The notes beneath the pieces are model-generated. The model was not told the DNA's origin and did not search any database. It was given only the letters and a program-made list of their open reading frames with translations. Shown here one piece after another: positions 1 through 8,946 of a stretch of DNA of 52,358 bases. This DNA comes from an uncultured bacterium (GTDB taxonomy: Bacteria > Gemmatimonadota > Gemmatimonadetes > Gemmatimonadales > Gemmatimonadaceae). Location: the NCBI GenBank assembly GCA_963978095.1, contig CAXBQP010000015.1:1-52358 (forward strand), written 5' to 3'. Every line of letters starts with the position of its first letter. Position 1 is the stretch's first letter. The position numbers and the translations under genes were made by a program.

Positions 1-305
1 GCGGGCGTGGTGGCGTCGAATTGCAACCGATCAACATGGTCTCCCCGAACGAGATGTCCGACTACGTTCCACCCTTCACGCCGGGTGCTGCCCTCGGCGA
101 TGCCGACGGCAACCTGTGGGTCCGCACGACGCGCGGGATCAACGGCGGCTCGATCTACGACGTGATTTCACCCAAGGGTGAACTGCTCAAGCGGGTCGGG
201 ATGCCTCCGGGCCGTGTGATCTCCGGATTCGGCAAGGGCGGCGTGGTCTACATGGGCGTGCGCGAGGAAGGTGGCGTGCGACTCGAAGCAGCGCGCGCGC
301 CGTAA
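1..305 (+). CDS. C-terminal fragment of a probable beta-propeller protein (5' end outside the window)
   Basis: Open frame ending TAA at 305. Ends in DADGNLWV...YDVISPKGELLKRVGMP...GFGKGGVVYM, resembling 6-bladed propeller C-termini. Confidence 0.6.
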   Translation, partial: GRGGVELQPINMVSPNEMSDYVPPFTPGAALGDADGNLWVRTTRGINGGSIYDVISPKGELLKRVGMPPGRVISGFGKGGVVYMGVREEGGVRLEAARAP

Positions 306-339
306 GCGTCGCCGTCGCACGTCGCGTCCCGTCGCATGA

Positions 340-384
340 CGCGGGGGTGTTCACCGAGGCTGCGGGCCCGGGAACACCCCCGCG
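340..384. terminator. 13-bp inverted repeat between convergent genes, probable terminator
   Basis: CGCGGGGGTGTTC (340-352) pairs with GAACACCCCCGCG (372-384) and is followed by ATCCTTTT. Confidence 0.6.
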
Positions 385-391
385 ATCCTTT

Positions 392-2029
392 TCACCGACA
401 GCCGGCCGCGAGCGTGAAGTCGAGTTCCGATTCGAAGAGCCGCGACCACGGCAGCTGCAGATGCAGATCGACAGGAAGCGGGCACGAGGATCCCCTCGCA
501 TCTCGCGGCCTGCCGCGTGCCGCGAGGCGCTCGACCAGCGGCGCTGCCATCGTGCGTAGGCGCGTCGTGAGGGTGGATGCCGCGATCGCCGACTGACCGA
601 GGTCGAGCTGTGCGGGATTCCAGCCGCGTGCGCGCAGTTCCGTGATCGCCACGGGACGAAGGATCGCGTGATACAGATAATCGTCGAACAGGCGGTCGAG
701 CAGGAACCAGTGTTGGGCACGCGCGCGGTCCGGCGTGTGGCTGACGCCGCCGCTCCGATGGAGCATCCCCTGCGCGAGTGCGGTACCGATGGTGTTCCCC
801 GCCGTGTTCCACGATGCGTAGGCGTCGAGTTTCGCGAAGATTCCCGCCTCGATGAGGGTGGTGATGAACGTCGTGTCGGACCCCTGCACGTCCCCCTTGG
901 GATCGATGTCGGCCACGATGACGCCGCGGTCGCCGGCCACCACGGCGCGGCGGACCTGCTCGACGAATCGTGCGGCAGCCCCGGCTTCGCCGCGCGACGT
1001 ATACACGAACAATCGATGATCCGCCCGTTCGCCGTCAGTCGTTTCCGTACCGCCCGCCGCCTCGATCAACTGGTGGACGGTCGTCTCCAGCGGCACATCC
1101 TCGTACGGCATCAGCGTCCGCTGCATCGTCGGTGACGAGTAGATTGGCGCGATCCGGGGTCGCTCCCCTCCATGGGCGAGCACCGCCCGCGTCAGAAGAA
1201 GCATCGCCACTTCGTCCGTTCCGGCCTGCACCGAGATCCGATCACGCAGCCGCGTGCTGTCGATGTGCTGTTGCAATCGGGCGCGCTCTTCGAGGTGCAC
1301 GCCGCGCGCCCGTGCGTCATCCTGGGACAGGATCAGTCGGTCCACCACATGGTCGCGCACGAGATCCGTGGCGTAGCGATTGATCGCCGCATTCCGCGTC
1401 CGGGTCTCGCGGTAGGCGGCGAGCGCGGCGGGGGGGATTCGCGCTGCCACGCGCGCCGTTTCGACGATGGACGCCGAATCCCGCTCGTCGGAGAGTTCCG
1501 CCCAGCGTGCGAGCTCCACGCGGAAGGATTCGTTCACACCATCGGCCGTCGGTGCGAGCCGCATGATCGTCGACGCGGCCAGGATCGGCAGTCGGGGCGC
1601 CGTCCGCTTGAGTTCACGCAACACGTCCAGCCGGCGGCGGGCGTCCGCGGCGCTCCCACTCGCACTCACCCGCGATGCCACCAAGCCGCCGTACGCCAGC
1701 ATGTCGAGCGACACGATGGCCGACTCGAACGACGCGAGGTCCTGTGCCCGCAACCAGGTGGCGATCGCTTCCGGGTCCCCGAATGCGGTGAAGCGACCCA
1801 GAAGCTCGCGCGGGGGGGTGACGACCGTGATGCCGGCGATCTCGGCGATGCGCATCGGGAACTGTCGTGAGGACGGCCGGTCGTCGAGAGGGATGAGTAA
1901 CACCCGCCGCGGGGCCTGCGGCCGGGCTACCGCCTGGGCTACCGCCTGGGCGATGCCCGGCGAGGGCGCTACACACGACGCGACCACCGCGACGAGGGAA
2001 ACCATGACCGCGCCCCGGGCGCGGCGCAT
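392..2029 (-). CDS. DUF4127-family secreted protein
   Basis: Motifs LLIPLDDRP, SLDMLAYGGLVASR, QDD, GTDEV, YASWNTAGNTIGTALA and DDYLY. The ATG at 2029 precedes a signal-like segment; the longer ORF overlaps the divergent gene. Confidence 0.75.
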   Translation of the reverse strand: MRRARGAVMVSLVAVVASCVAPSPGIAQAVAQAVARPQAPRRVLLIPLDDRPSSRQFPMRIAEIAGITVVTPPRELLGRFTAFGDPEAIATWLRAQDLASFESAIVSLDMLAYGGLVASRVSASGSAADARRRLDVLRELKRTAPRLPILAASTIMRLAPTADGVNESFRVELARWAELSDERDSASIVETARVAARIPPAALAAYRETRTRNAAINRYATDLVRDHVVDRLILSQDDARARGVHLEERARLQQHIDSTRLRDRISVQAGTDEVAMLLLTRAVLAHGGERPRIAPIYSSPTMQRTLMPYEDVPLETTVHQLIEAAGGTETTDGERADHRLFVYTSRGEAGAAARFVEQVRRAVVAGDRGVIVADIDPKGDVQGSDTTFITTLIEAGIFAKLDAYASWNTAGNTIGTALAQGMLHRSGGVSHTPDRARAQHWFLLDRLFDDYLYHAILRPVAITELRARGWNPAQLDLGQSAIAASTLTTRLRTMAAPLVERLAARGRPRDARGSSCPLPVDLHLQLPWSRLFESELDFTLAAGCR

Positions 2030-2201
2030 CAGGAATCGCGGTGTGCGCAACACGTGACGATGCAGGACGGGGGCACGGTGGTCAGGCGCATGATCATCGG
2101 CGGAAGGGGCGATGCTTCGTAATCTATGGGCAGGTCCTCTCACGGACCTCAAGGAACGGTGTAGTTTCCGGCATATCCATTGCGTGAGGCTTCGCTCGTT
2201 C

Positions 2202-3629
2202 ATGCGGCTCCGAGTTCTGACTGCCTTCGTGCTGCTGCCCGCGCTGTCTGCCCAACGTGTGGGCGCGCAGGCGGCGCGTACCACCGTCAGCGGCATCGTG
2301 CGTGACAGTATCTCCCACGCACCGCTCGCCGCCGCCACGGTGCAACTCGTCGCGCCGGACAGTGTGGCGCGACTCGGACGCAGTGCCGTCTCGGACTCGC
2401 TCGGTCGATTCAGGATCACGGACGTGGCCGACGGCCAGTACATGATCGGCTTCTATCATCCCTTGCTGGACTCGCTGGGTGTCGAGCCACCACCGCGGGC
2501 GGTGCGCGTCGAGGGGCATCAGCCGGTGGTCGTGGACCTCGCCACACCGTCGGCGGACCGCATTCGGGTCACGGTGTGCGGCGTGCGCGCTCCCACCGAC
2601 TCCACGGCGCTGCTCATGGGAGTCGTCCGCGACGTCACGACCCACGCGACGGCCGCGGGGGTGAAGGTGGCCGGCGAATGGCTCGAGCTGGTCTTCCGCC
2701 CCGACGGCGTGGATCGCCACCAGCCGCGCTTGGTCGCGACAACGGGCGACAACGGCTGGTTCGCGATCTGCAACGTCCCCCGGTCGGGAACGATGTTCCT
2801 GATGGCGAGTCGTGGTGCGGACAGCACGGACATGATCGAATTGCAGATTCCCGCTGACGGATTCCTGCGCCGAGATCTCTTCCTCGGACCGTCGCGAAAG
2901 ATCGCGTCGACCGCTGCGGGGACTCCCGATAGTTCCGGAGTCGGTGCACACATCATGCGCGTGGGTGACGGTCGCCTGAGCGGAACCGTGCTCGTGGCGA
3001 ATGGCACCCGGCCGCTCGCCGGCGCGCAGGTGCGGATCGCCGATGGAATGGTCACGCGCACCAACGAACGTGGCGAATGGACGATCACCGATGCACCGGG
3101 TGGTACCCGTGTCCTCGACGTCCGGGCGATCGGCTACTACCCGGAGCGTCGGACGGTCGACGTCGTCGACAACGCGGCTCCGGTCCAGGTGGCACTTTCG
3201 ACCCTGAAGGCCGTCCTCGATACCGTCCGGATCTCGGCGTCCCGTGTCCGTTACGGGAGCGACCGGAGTGGCTTCGAGCAGCGCGCACGATCAGCCGGTA
3301 CGGGGCGGTTCATCACGGCCGATGACATCAAGCGTCGCCCCGTCACGAATACCACCGACGTATTCCGTCTGATGCCTGGCGTTCGCCTCGAACGGGACAG
3401 CTCGGGTTTCACCAAGCAACTCCAAGTGCGGGGGATGATGTCCGACTGGTGTACCCCGTCCATCTATCTGAACGGCGGGTTCATGAGCGGATTCGACGCC
3501 GACGAAATCGATGCCATGGTGCAGCCCGAGCACATCAAAGGCATCGAGATCTACACGGGCCCGGGAATCCCGGCCGCGTTTCAACAGGGGATGACCGGGT
3601 GCGGCAGCATCGTCATCTGGACGCGCTGA
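2202..3629 (+). CDS. Secreted protein with carboxypeptidase-regulatory-like Ig domains and a C-terminal TonB-receptor plug domain, no beta-barrel
   Basis: Signal peptide MRLRVLTAFVLLPALSAQ. Repeated SG.VRD...PL.GA.V modules. Plug-like FITADDI...LMPGV...IYLNG...IKGIEIY...CGSIVIWTR, then stop. Confidence 0.75.
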   Translation: MRLRVLTAFVLLPALSAQRVGAQAARTTVSGIVRDSISHAPLAAATVQLVAPDSVARLGRSAVSDSLGRFRITDVADGQYMIGFYHPLLDSLGVEPPPRAVRVEGHQPVVVDLATPSADRIRVTVCGVRAPTDSTALLMGVVRDVTTHATAAGVKVAGEWLELVFRPDGVDRHQPRLVATTGDNGWFAICNVPRSGTMFLMASRGADSTDMIELQIPADGFLRRDLFLGPSRKIASTAAGTPDSSGVGAHIMRVGDGRLSGTVLVANGTRPLAGAQVRIADGMVTRTNERGEWTITDAPGGTRVLDVRAIGYYPERRTVDVVDNAAPVQVALSTLKAVLDTVRISASRVRYGSDRSGFEQRARSAGTGRFITADDIKRRPVTNTTDVFRLMPGVRLERDSSGFTKQLQVRGMMSDWCTPSIYLNGGFMSGFDADEIDAMVQPEHIKGIEIYTGPGIPAAFQQGMTGCGSIVIWTR

Positions 3630-5002
3630 TGCCGTGGGTGGCGGGTCGCGCGGTCTGCGCATGCGCGGTCCTGTGGCTGGCGGCCCGTGTCGACGCCCAA
3701 GGTATCCCCGCCCCGTCGGCCCAGAATCCATCGCCGATGGTCGAGACCACGCGTCCGCACGAGCGGCTCGTCCCGCGTGAGCTCGCGGGAGCGCATCGCA
3801 CGGTGGTCGGCCCGGCGGCGAAACCCGCCGAGCTGTTCATCCCCGACGAGGCCCGCGGGGCCACGCGCGTCGATCTGGTCGTGCACTTCCACGGCGCGTC
3901 GTGGATACCGAATCAGGCCGTCAGTACACTGAGTGCGAGCGGCACGCCGACGATCGCGGTGACCGTGAACCTCGGCACGGGGTCCGGCGCCTACGATCGC
4001 GCGTTTTCCGACTCCACGGCATTCGACGCGCTGCTCGATGCGGTGCAACGCGACGTGGCGACGGTCACTGGGCCATCGATGCGTATCGACCGCGTGACGC
4101 TCGTCGGTTTTTCCGCCGGCCATGGCGCCGTGCGCGCCATTTTGCGATATCCGACGCACGTCGCCCGCGTCGCCGCGGTCTTGCTGATTGATGGGATGCA
4201 TACGTCGTACATCCCCGATGGAACGCCGCTCGCCACCGGTGGCACGCTCGATACCACGAACCTCGCGGCGTTCGCACAGTTCGCACGCGCGGCAATCCGC
4301 GGCGAAAAGCGCTTCCTGGTGACACACTCGGAGATTTTTCCGGGGACCTACGCCAGCACCACCGAGACCGCCGACTGGCTGTTGAATACACTCACGCTCC
4401 GCCGCGTGCCCACGCTGGCGACTGGCCCGCGAGGAACCCAACAGCTGAGCCGTGTGCGCGCCGGCAACTTCGAACTCCTCGGCTTCGCCGGGAACTCCGC
4501 GCCGGACCACATCGATCAGTTCCACGCGATGCCGGAACTCCTGGCGCGGCTCGGCGCGCCGCCGTCCCCCGCGTTGATCGGCAGCTGGACGCTCGTCTCA
4601 CGGCTCGACAGCAGCGCCGCTGGTCTGCGGCCCGCCGATGGCGCCCTCGGCGCGGATCCGATCGCCTTTCTCACGTATGACGCGTTCGGGAACGTCGCCG
4701 CCCAACTCATGGCCCGTCAGCGCGAGGGGGATGCCACGCCGATGGTCGCACCGCCGCGATCGGACCCGAACAACAGCGCCCCGTCCGGCGGCTACGACGC
4801 GTATTTCGGTCGATACACGATGGACGTGTCAGCTGGCACGGTGACGCACGCGCTGCTCGGCGCACTCGCGCCGTCCGATGTCGGCCGTCGACTGACGCGG
4901 CATTTCGCCCTGGATGGTGATGTACTCCGGCTCTGGTTCGAGACGACGCGTGCGGACGGCACGCCGGTCAAACGCACCTTGCTCTGGCGACGCGTGCGGT
5001 AA
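3629..5002 (+). CDS. Secreted alpha/beta-hydrolase-fold protein fused to a C-terminal lipocalin-like domain
   Basis: TGATG overlap with the upstream gene; signal peptide; HFHG, GFSAG nucleophile elbow, LLIDG, PDH; C-terminal LIGSWTLVS...AYFGRY...TVTH. Confidence 0.65.
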   Translation: MPWVAGRAVCACAVLWLAARVDAQGIPAPSAQNPSPMVETTRPHERLVPRELAGAHRTVVGPAAKPAELFIPDEARGATRVDLVVHFHGASWIPNQAVSTLSASGTPTIAVTVNLGTGSGAYDRAFSDSTAFDALLDAVQRDVATVTGPSMRIDRVTLVGFSAGHGAVRAILRYPTHVARVAAVLLIDGMHTSYIPDGTPLATGGTLDTTNLAAFAQFARAAIRGEKRFLVTHSEIFPGTYASTTETADWLLNTLTLRRVPTLATGPRGTQQLSRVRAGNFELLGFAGNSAPDHIDQFHAMPELLARLGAPPSPALIGSWTLVSRLDSSAAGLRPADGALGADPIAFLTYDAFGNVAAQLMARQREGDATPMVAPPRSDPNNSAPSGGYDAYFGRYTMDVSAGTVTHALLGALAPSDVGRRLTRHFALDGDVLRLWFETTRADGTPVKRTLLWRRVR

Positions 5003-5013
5003 GGGCGCGCGGA

Positions 5014-5508
5014 TCAGTCGGCGCCCGGGGCCCGGATCAATCGCTGGTACTCGACGTACATCCCGGCGCGCCACCGGACGATCATCCCGAACGCGAGGGC
5101 AAAGAGGACCGCGGCCGTCTGCAGCGGAGAGATCAGCTGTCCGATGTAGTCGCGCAGCAGGAATCGCGTGGCGAGGAGTCCGAGCAGGATCCAGAGAAAG
5201 GCCTTGGAGCGCTTCAGGACGATGCCACCGTCCGCACGTCGCTCGAGCCGCGAGGTTCGCCGCAGCGGTTCGGCAAGCACCACCGCCCCGAACAGTACGG
5301 CACCGACCACCCAGAGAACGGGAATCCGGAACGGCGGATAGAAGAACATCCCGAAGCCGGTCGCCATCCCCAGCGGGGGCATCACGATCAAGGGCAGGGT
5401 GATGGGGCGCAACGTCTCCCGCACGCGCCATGCGAGCATGACGGTGGCGCCGCCGAGTGTTGCGGCGACACCAGTGAAGAGGGAGGTCGGAGAAATCACG
5501 GGGCTCAC
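5014..5508 (-). CDS. ccdC: CcdC/DUF1453-family membrane protein
   Basis: Motifs R.RETLRPIT...MPPLGMATGF.MF, KRSKAF..ILLGL..R and LAFGMIVRWR..MY; hydrophobic. Confidence 0.8.
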   Translation of the reverse strand: MSPVISPTSLFTGVAATLGGATVMLAWRVRETLRPITLPLIVMPPLGMATGFGMFFYPPFRIPVLWVVGAVLFGAVVLAEPLRRTSRLERRADGGIVLKRSKAFLWILLGLLATRFLLRDYIGQLISPLQTAAVLFALAFGMIVRWRAGMYVEYQRLIRAPGAD

Positions 5509-5530
5509 CGGGGGATGACGATGCGGTCGT

Positions 5531-5536
5531 TATAAT
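5531..5536 (+). promoter_or_regulatory. Consensus -10 hexamer TATAAT in the ccdC/VOC divergent spacer
   Basis: TATAAT in an otherwise GC-rich spacer of about 90 bp. Confidence 0.45.
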
Positions 5537-5598
5537 TCTGGGGAACATCGGGCGGTTCCGGCAGGGTGACCGCGCCGCACTTCATCGTCGAGGGCTCC

Positions 5599-5985
5599 GT
5601 GCAACTGAAGTTCATGAGCGTCATGGTCGAAGACCAACAGCAAGCCTTGGAGTTCTACACCAACGTGCTCGGGTTCTCGCCGTGTGCCGACATTCCGATG
5701 GGCGATTATCGATGGTTGACGGTACAGTCGAAGGACGGGATTGCGGGTGTCGAGCTCGTGCTCGAGCCCATGGCATTTCCTCCCGCCCGCGTCTTTCAGC
5801 GGGCGCTGTTCGAGGCGGGGATTCCGGCCATCGCGCTCATCACGCGTGACATCGCGGCCGATGTCGCCCGCCTCACGGCCCACGGGGTGACGTTCCGCAG
5901 CCAACCGACGAACATGGGAATGATCACTGCAGCCGTCTTCGAGGACGGCTGCGGCAACGTGATCAATCTCGTGCAGCCGAGCTAG
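5599..5985 (+). CDS. VOC (glyoxalase/bleomycin-resistance) family protein
   Basis: SVMVEDQQQALEFYTNVLGF...RWLTV...AVFEDGCGNVINL. GAGG precedes the GTG at 5599 (alternative start 5566). Confidence 0.85.
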   Translation: MQLKFMSVMVEDQQQALEFYTNVLGFSPCADIPMGDYRWLTVQSKDGIAGVELVLEPMAFPPARVFQRALFEAGIPAIALITRDIAADVARLTAHGVTFRSQPTNMGMITAAVFEDGCGNVINLVQPS

Positions 5986-6002
5986 GCCGCATCACCGCGC
6001 GA

Positions 6003-8852
6003 TCAGCCGCGCGGATCAGCTTTGATCACGAAGGATTGCGTGTAGCTCTTTCCTCCGACGGTCAGCTTGGCGGTGAAGGTTCCCGTGGTCTGCGGGGGAG
6101 CGCCTCCCCCGCCACCACGGCCGCCCCGCCCTCCGCCACCGCCGCGTCCCCCTCCACCGCCCGGAAGGAAGGCCACGCGGTGCATCCCCGCCGCGGTGGA
6201 GAATGGCGCCGGTGCCGGACGCCAGAGCGGCGACGTGTTCGGAATGCGATCCGACGCCGGGGGTACGGAAGCAGGGGTCGTCGCGGGCTGCGCGAAGCTG
6301 CGCACCACAGCACCGCTCGCATCCATCACATCAAGCGTAATCGGCCCGGTCACCCCGGGCTTCAGATAGTAGTCGAGATAGGCGCCCTCGGCAGGATTCA
6401 GCGCCTGGGGTTCGTCCTTCTGCGTCGGCGTGCCATTGTCGCCCCCCTGCGAGTAGAGGATGGCGTCCGCCGGCTTGAACAGGTGGGCATCGCTCGCCAG
6501 CACCGTGGCGTTGACCTGCCGCAGCGGCGAGATGTCGTCGATCACCCAGAAGCCGCGTCCGTGCGTCGCCACGATCAGATCGTTGCCATACACCTCGAAG
6601 TCCCGCACCGAGGTCACCGGCAGGTTCAGCTGCAACGGTTGCCAACTGTCGCCGTCGTCGAGCGAGACGAACGCGCCTCGCTCCGTCCCGGCAAAGAGCA
6701 GTCCCCTCCGCTGCGGATCCTCCTTCACCACATGCACGTACACACCGGCAGGGAGTCCCTTGGTGATCTTCTGCCATGACTTTCCCGCGTCACGCGTGCG
6801 GTAGAGGTAGGGTTCGAAATCCTGCAGCTGGTGACGGTCCACGCTCGCGTAGGCGACGTTCGCATCGAAGTGCGAGCCTTCGATTCCCGTGACGCGGCTC
6901 CACGCCGTCAGTTCCGGGGGGGTGACATTCTGCCAGCTCTTGCCGTCGTCGGTCGTGAGTTGGATGTACCCGTCGTCCGTGCCGCACCAGACCATCGGTG
7001 CCTTGAGCGGCGACGGGCACACCGCGTAGATCACGCCGCGCTTCCCGTTGCGATCGGTCTGCGCCGCAGCCGCAGCGTCGAGTGTGCCCGGCACCCCGGG
7101 ATCGGCGCGCGTCAGATCAGGACTGATCGGCGTCCACGTCTGCGCCGTATCGGTGCTCTTGAAGAGCGATTCTCCGGCGTAGTAGAGCGCCTTCGGATCC
7201 GCCTTCGAGAGCACGAGCGGCTGCGTCCAATCGCTGCGCCCCGCTGGTGCCTGCGTGGATGGGACATTGCGGTTGTTCACCAGATCGAAGCGAGCCCCAC
7301 GACCCCCGTAGATGATTCCCGGATGTAACGGATCGCCGACGGTCATCCCGCTCTCGCCGCCCGCGCCGATCGGCTCCCAGTCGCGCATGGAGATGCCGGC
7401 GAACTTGCCGCGCGATGCCACAGCCACGGCGCCACTGTCCTGCTGTGCGCCGGTGACCCAGTAGGGGAAGCGCGGATCGACCGACACGTGATAGATCTGG
7501 GCCGTCGGCTGATTGAGCCAGCTGCTCCACGTCACCTCGGTCGCGTCATCCGTCTTGGCGTTCCGCGTGATGATCGCGCCCTGATCGCTCGCGACGATCA
7601 TCGTGTTCGAATCGTCCGGCGAGACCCACGCCTGATGGTAGTCGTCGCCCCCCGGCGACCCGCGCAGTGCCACCCACGTTTTGCCGCCGTCCTTCGAGCG
7701 GCTCACCGCGACGTTCGGCACGTACACGATATCGGCATTCTTCGGATCGACGGCGACCTTCTCGAAGTACCAGCCGCGCCCGTGCAGCGCGGGGTCCGCG
7801 GAGAGGCGCGTCCAGCTGGCGCCGGCATCGTCGGAGCGGAAGAAACCGCCGAGGGTGGCCGGCGCGGCACCACCGGCCCCGCCACCTCTTCCACCGCTGG
7901 GCGGTGCAGCGGGAGCGGGCGCCTTCGGATCGGGCAACAAGCAATCCACGACGGCGTACAACCGCTTCGGATTGCTCGGCGCGATCGCGATCCCCGTGCG
8001 GCCAATCCCCTCGGCGGGGAGTCCTTTGGTCATCGGTTTCCAGGTGGTTCCGCCATCGACCGACTTCCACATGCCACCCCCCGGGCCATTCGACGGCGCG
8101 TAGGTGTACCAGGGTGGGCGACGCGTATTCCAGAGTCCCGCGTAGACGATTTTGGGGTTGGTCGGATCAATCGCGACATCCACTGCGCCGACGTTGTCGT
8201 CCTTGAAGAGCACCCGAGTCCACGACTTGCCGCCATCGGTGGTGCGGAAGAGTCCGCGATCCTTGCTTGCTGCGTAGAGCGGACCGATAGCGGCGACGAA
8301 GGCGATGTTCGGATTCTTGGGATCGACCGCGATGCGTCCGATATGCTGTGTGCCGTCGAGGCCGAGGTGCGTCCACGTCCTGCCGGCATCGGTCGTCTTG
8401 TAGACGCCGTTCCCGAAGCCCATGGAATCGCGGAGCGTGGATTCACCAGTGCCGACGTACAGCGTGTCTGGCGCCGACGGGGCCACCGCGATCGCGCCGA
8501 TGGAGGCCACCGGCTGTCCGTCGAAGATCGGAGTCCAGACGCGTCCCGCATCGATCGACTTCCAAACACCACCGTTCACCGCGCCGAAGTAGAACTCGTT
8601 CGGACGTCCGGGAACGCCGGTGACGGCCGCGGTTCGGCCACCGCGGAAGGGGCCGAGCAGGCGCCAACGGAGACCCGAGTAGGCGCTGTCGATCTGTTGG
8701 CGACCGGTGCGGTCGAGCAGAAAGGGGTCGTGCGCGTCGTCACGCGTGGGCTGCGCGCTCAGAAGTCCGCTACGGAGGAGCGGATCGAGCATCGGAAGTG
8801 AGATTCCGAGTCGTCCGGCGAGCGCGAGAAAGTCACGACGGTTCCGGGTCAC
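6003..8852 (-). CDS. Tat-exported VPS10/sortilin-like BNR-repeat protein (putative glycosyl hydrolase)
   Basis: RRDFL twin-arginine signal; WR.LGPFRGGR; many S/T.DGG.TW BNR boxes; LIVATHGRGFW.IDD; Gly/Arg-rich tail. Confidence 0.85.
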   Translation of the reverse strand: MTRNRRDFLALAGRLGISLPMLDPLLRSGLLSAQPTRDDAHDPFLLDRTGRQQIDSAYSGLRWRLLGPFRGGRTAAVTGVPGRPNEFYFGAVNGGVWKSIDAGRVWTPIFDGQPVASIGAIAVAPSAPDTLYVGTGESTLRDSMGFGNGVYKTTDAGRTWTHLGLDGTQHIGRIAVDPKNPNIAFVAAIGPLYAASKDRGLFRTTDGGKSWTRVLFKDDNVGAVDVAIDPTNPKIVYAGLWNTRRPPWYTYAPSNGPGGGMWKSVDGGTTWKPMTKGLPAEGIGRTGIAIAPSNPKRLYAVVDCLLPDPKAPAPAAPPSGGRGGGAGGAAPATLGGFFRSDDAGASWTRLSADPALHGRGWYFEKVAVDPKNADIVYVPNVAVSRSKDGGKTWVALRGSPGGDDYHQAWVSPDDSNTMIVASDQGAIITRNAKTDDATEVTWSSWLNQPTAQIYHVSVDPRFPYWVTGAQQDSGAVAVASRGKFAGISMRDWEPIGAGGESGMTVGDPLHPGIIYGGRGARFDLVNNRNVPSTQAPAGRSDWTQPLVLSKADPKALYYAGESLFKSTDTAQTWTPISPDLTRADPGVPGTLDAAAAAQTDRNGKRGVIYAVCPSPLKAPMVWCGTDDGYIQLTTDDGKSWQNVTPPELTAWSRVTGIEGSHFDANVAYASVDRHQLQDFEPYLYRTRDAGKSWQKITKGLPAGVYVHVVKEDPQRRGLLFAGTERGAFVSLDDGDSWQPLQLNLPVTSVRDFEVYGNDLIVATHGRGFWVIDDISPLRQVNATVLASDAHLFKPADAILYSQGGDNGTPTQKDEPQALNPAEGAYLDYYLKPGVTGPITLDVMDASGAVVRSFAQPATTPASVPPASDRIPNTSPLWRPAPAPFSTAAGMHRVAFLPGGGGGRGGGGGRGGRGGGGGAPPQTTGTFTAKLTVGGKSYTQSFVIKADPRG

Positions 8853-8946
8853 GCGAGCCTCAACGGTTGAAGGCGATCGTTGAAGCTACTGCGCGCGGAG
8901 GAAGTTCACCATCCAGCACGCGCCGCGCGCCCTCCGGCAACCGATG

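Noticed and set aside
2030..2443. 5' extensions of computed ORFs (e.g. 2443, 2112, 3449, 16896, 17384, 31929, 38680)
   Set aside because: They overlap neighbouring genes and precede better starts with a signal peptide or RBS.
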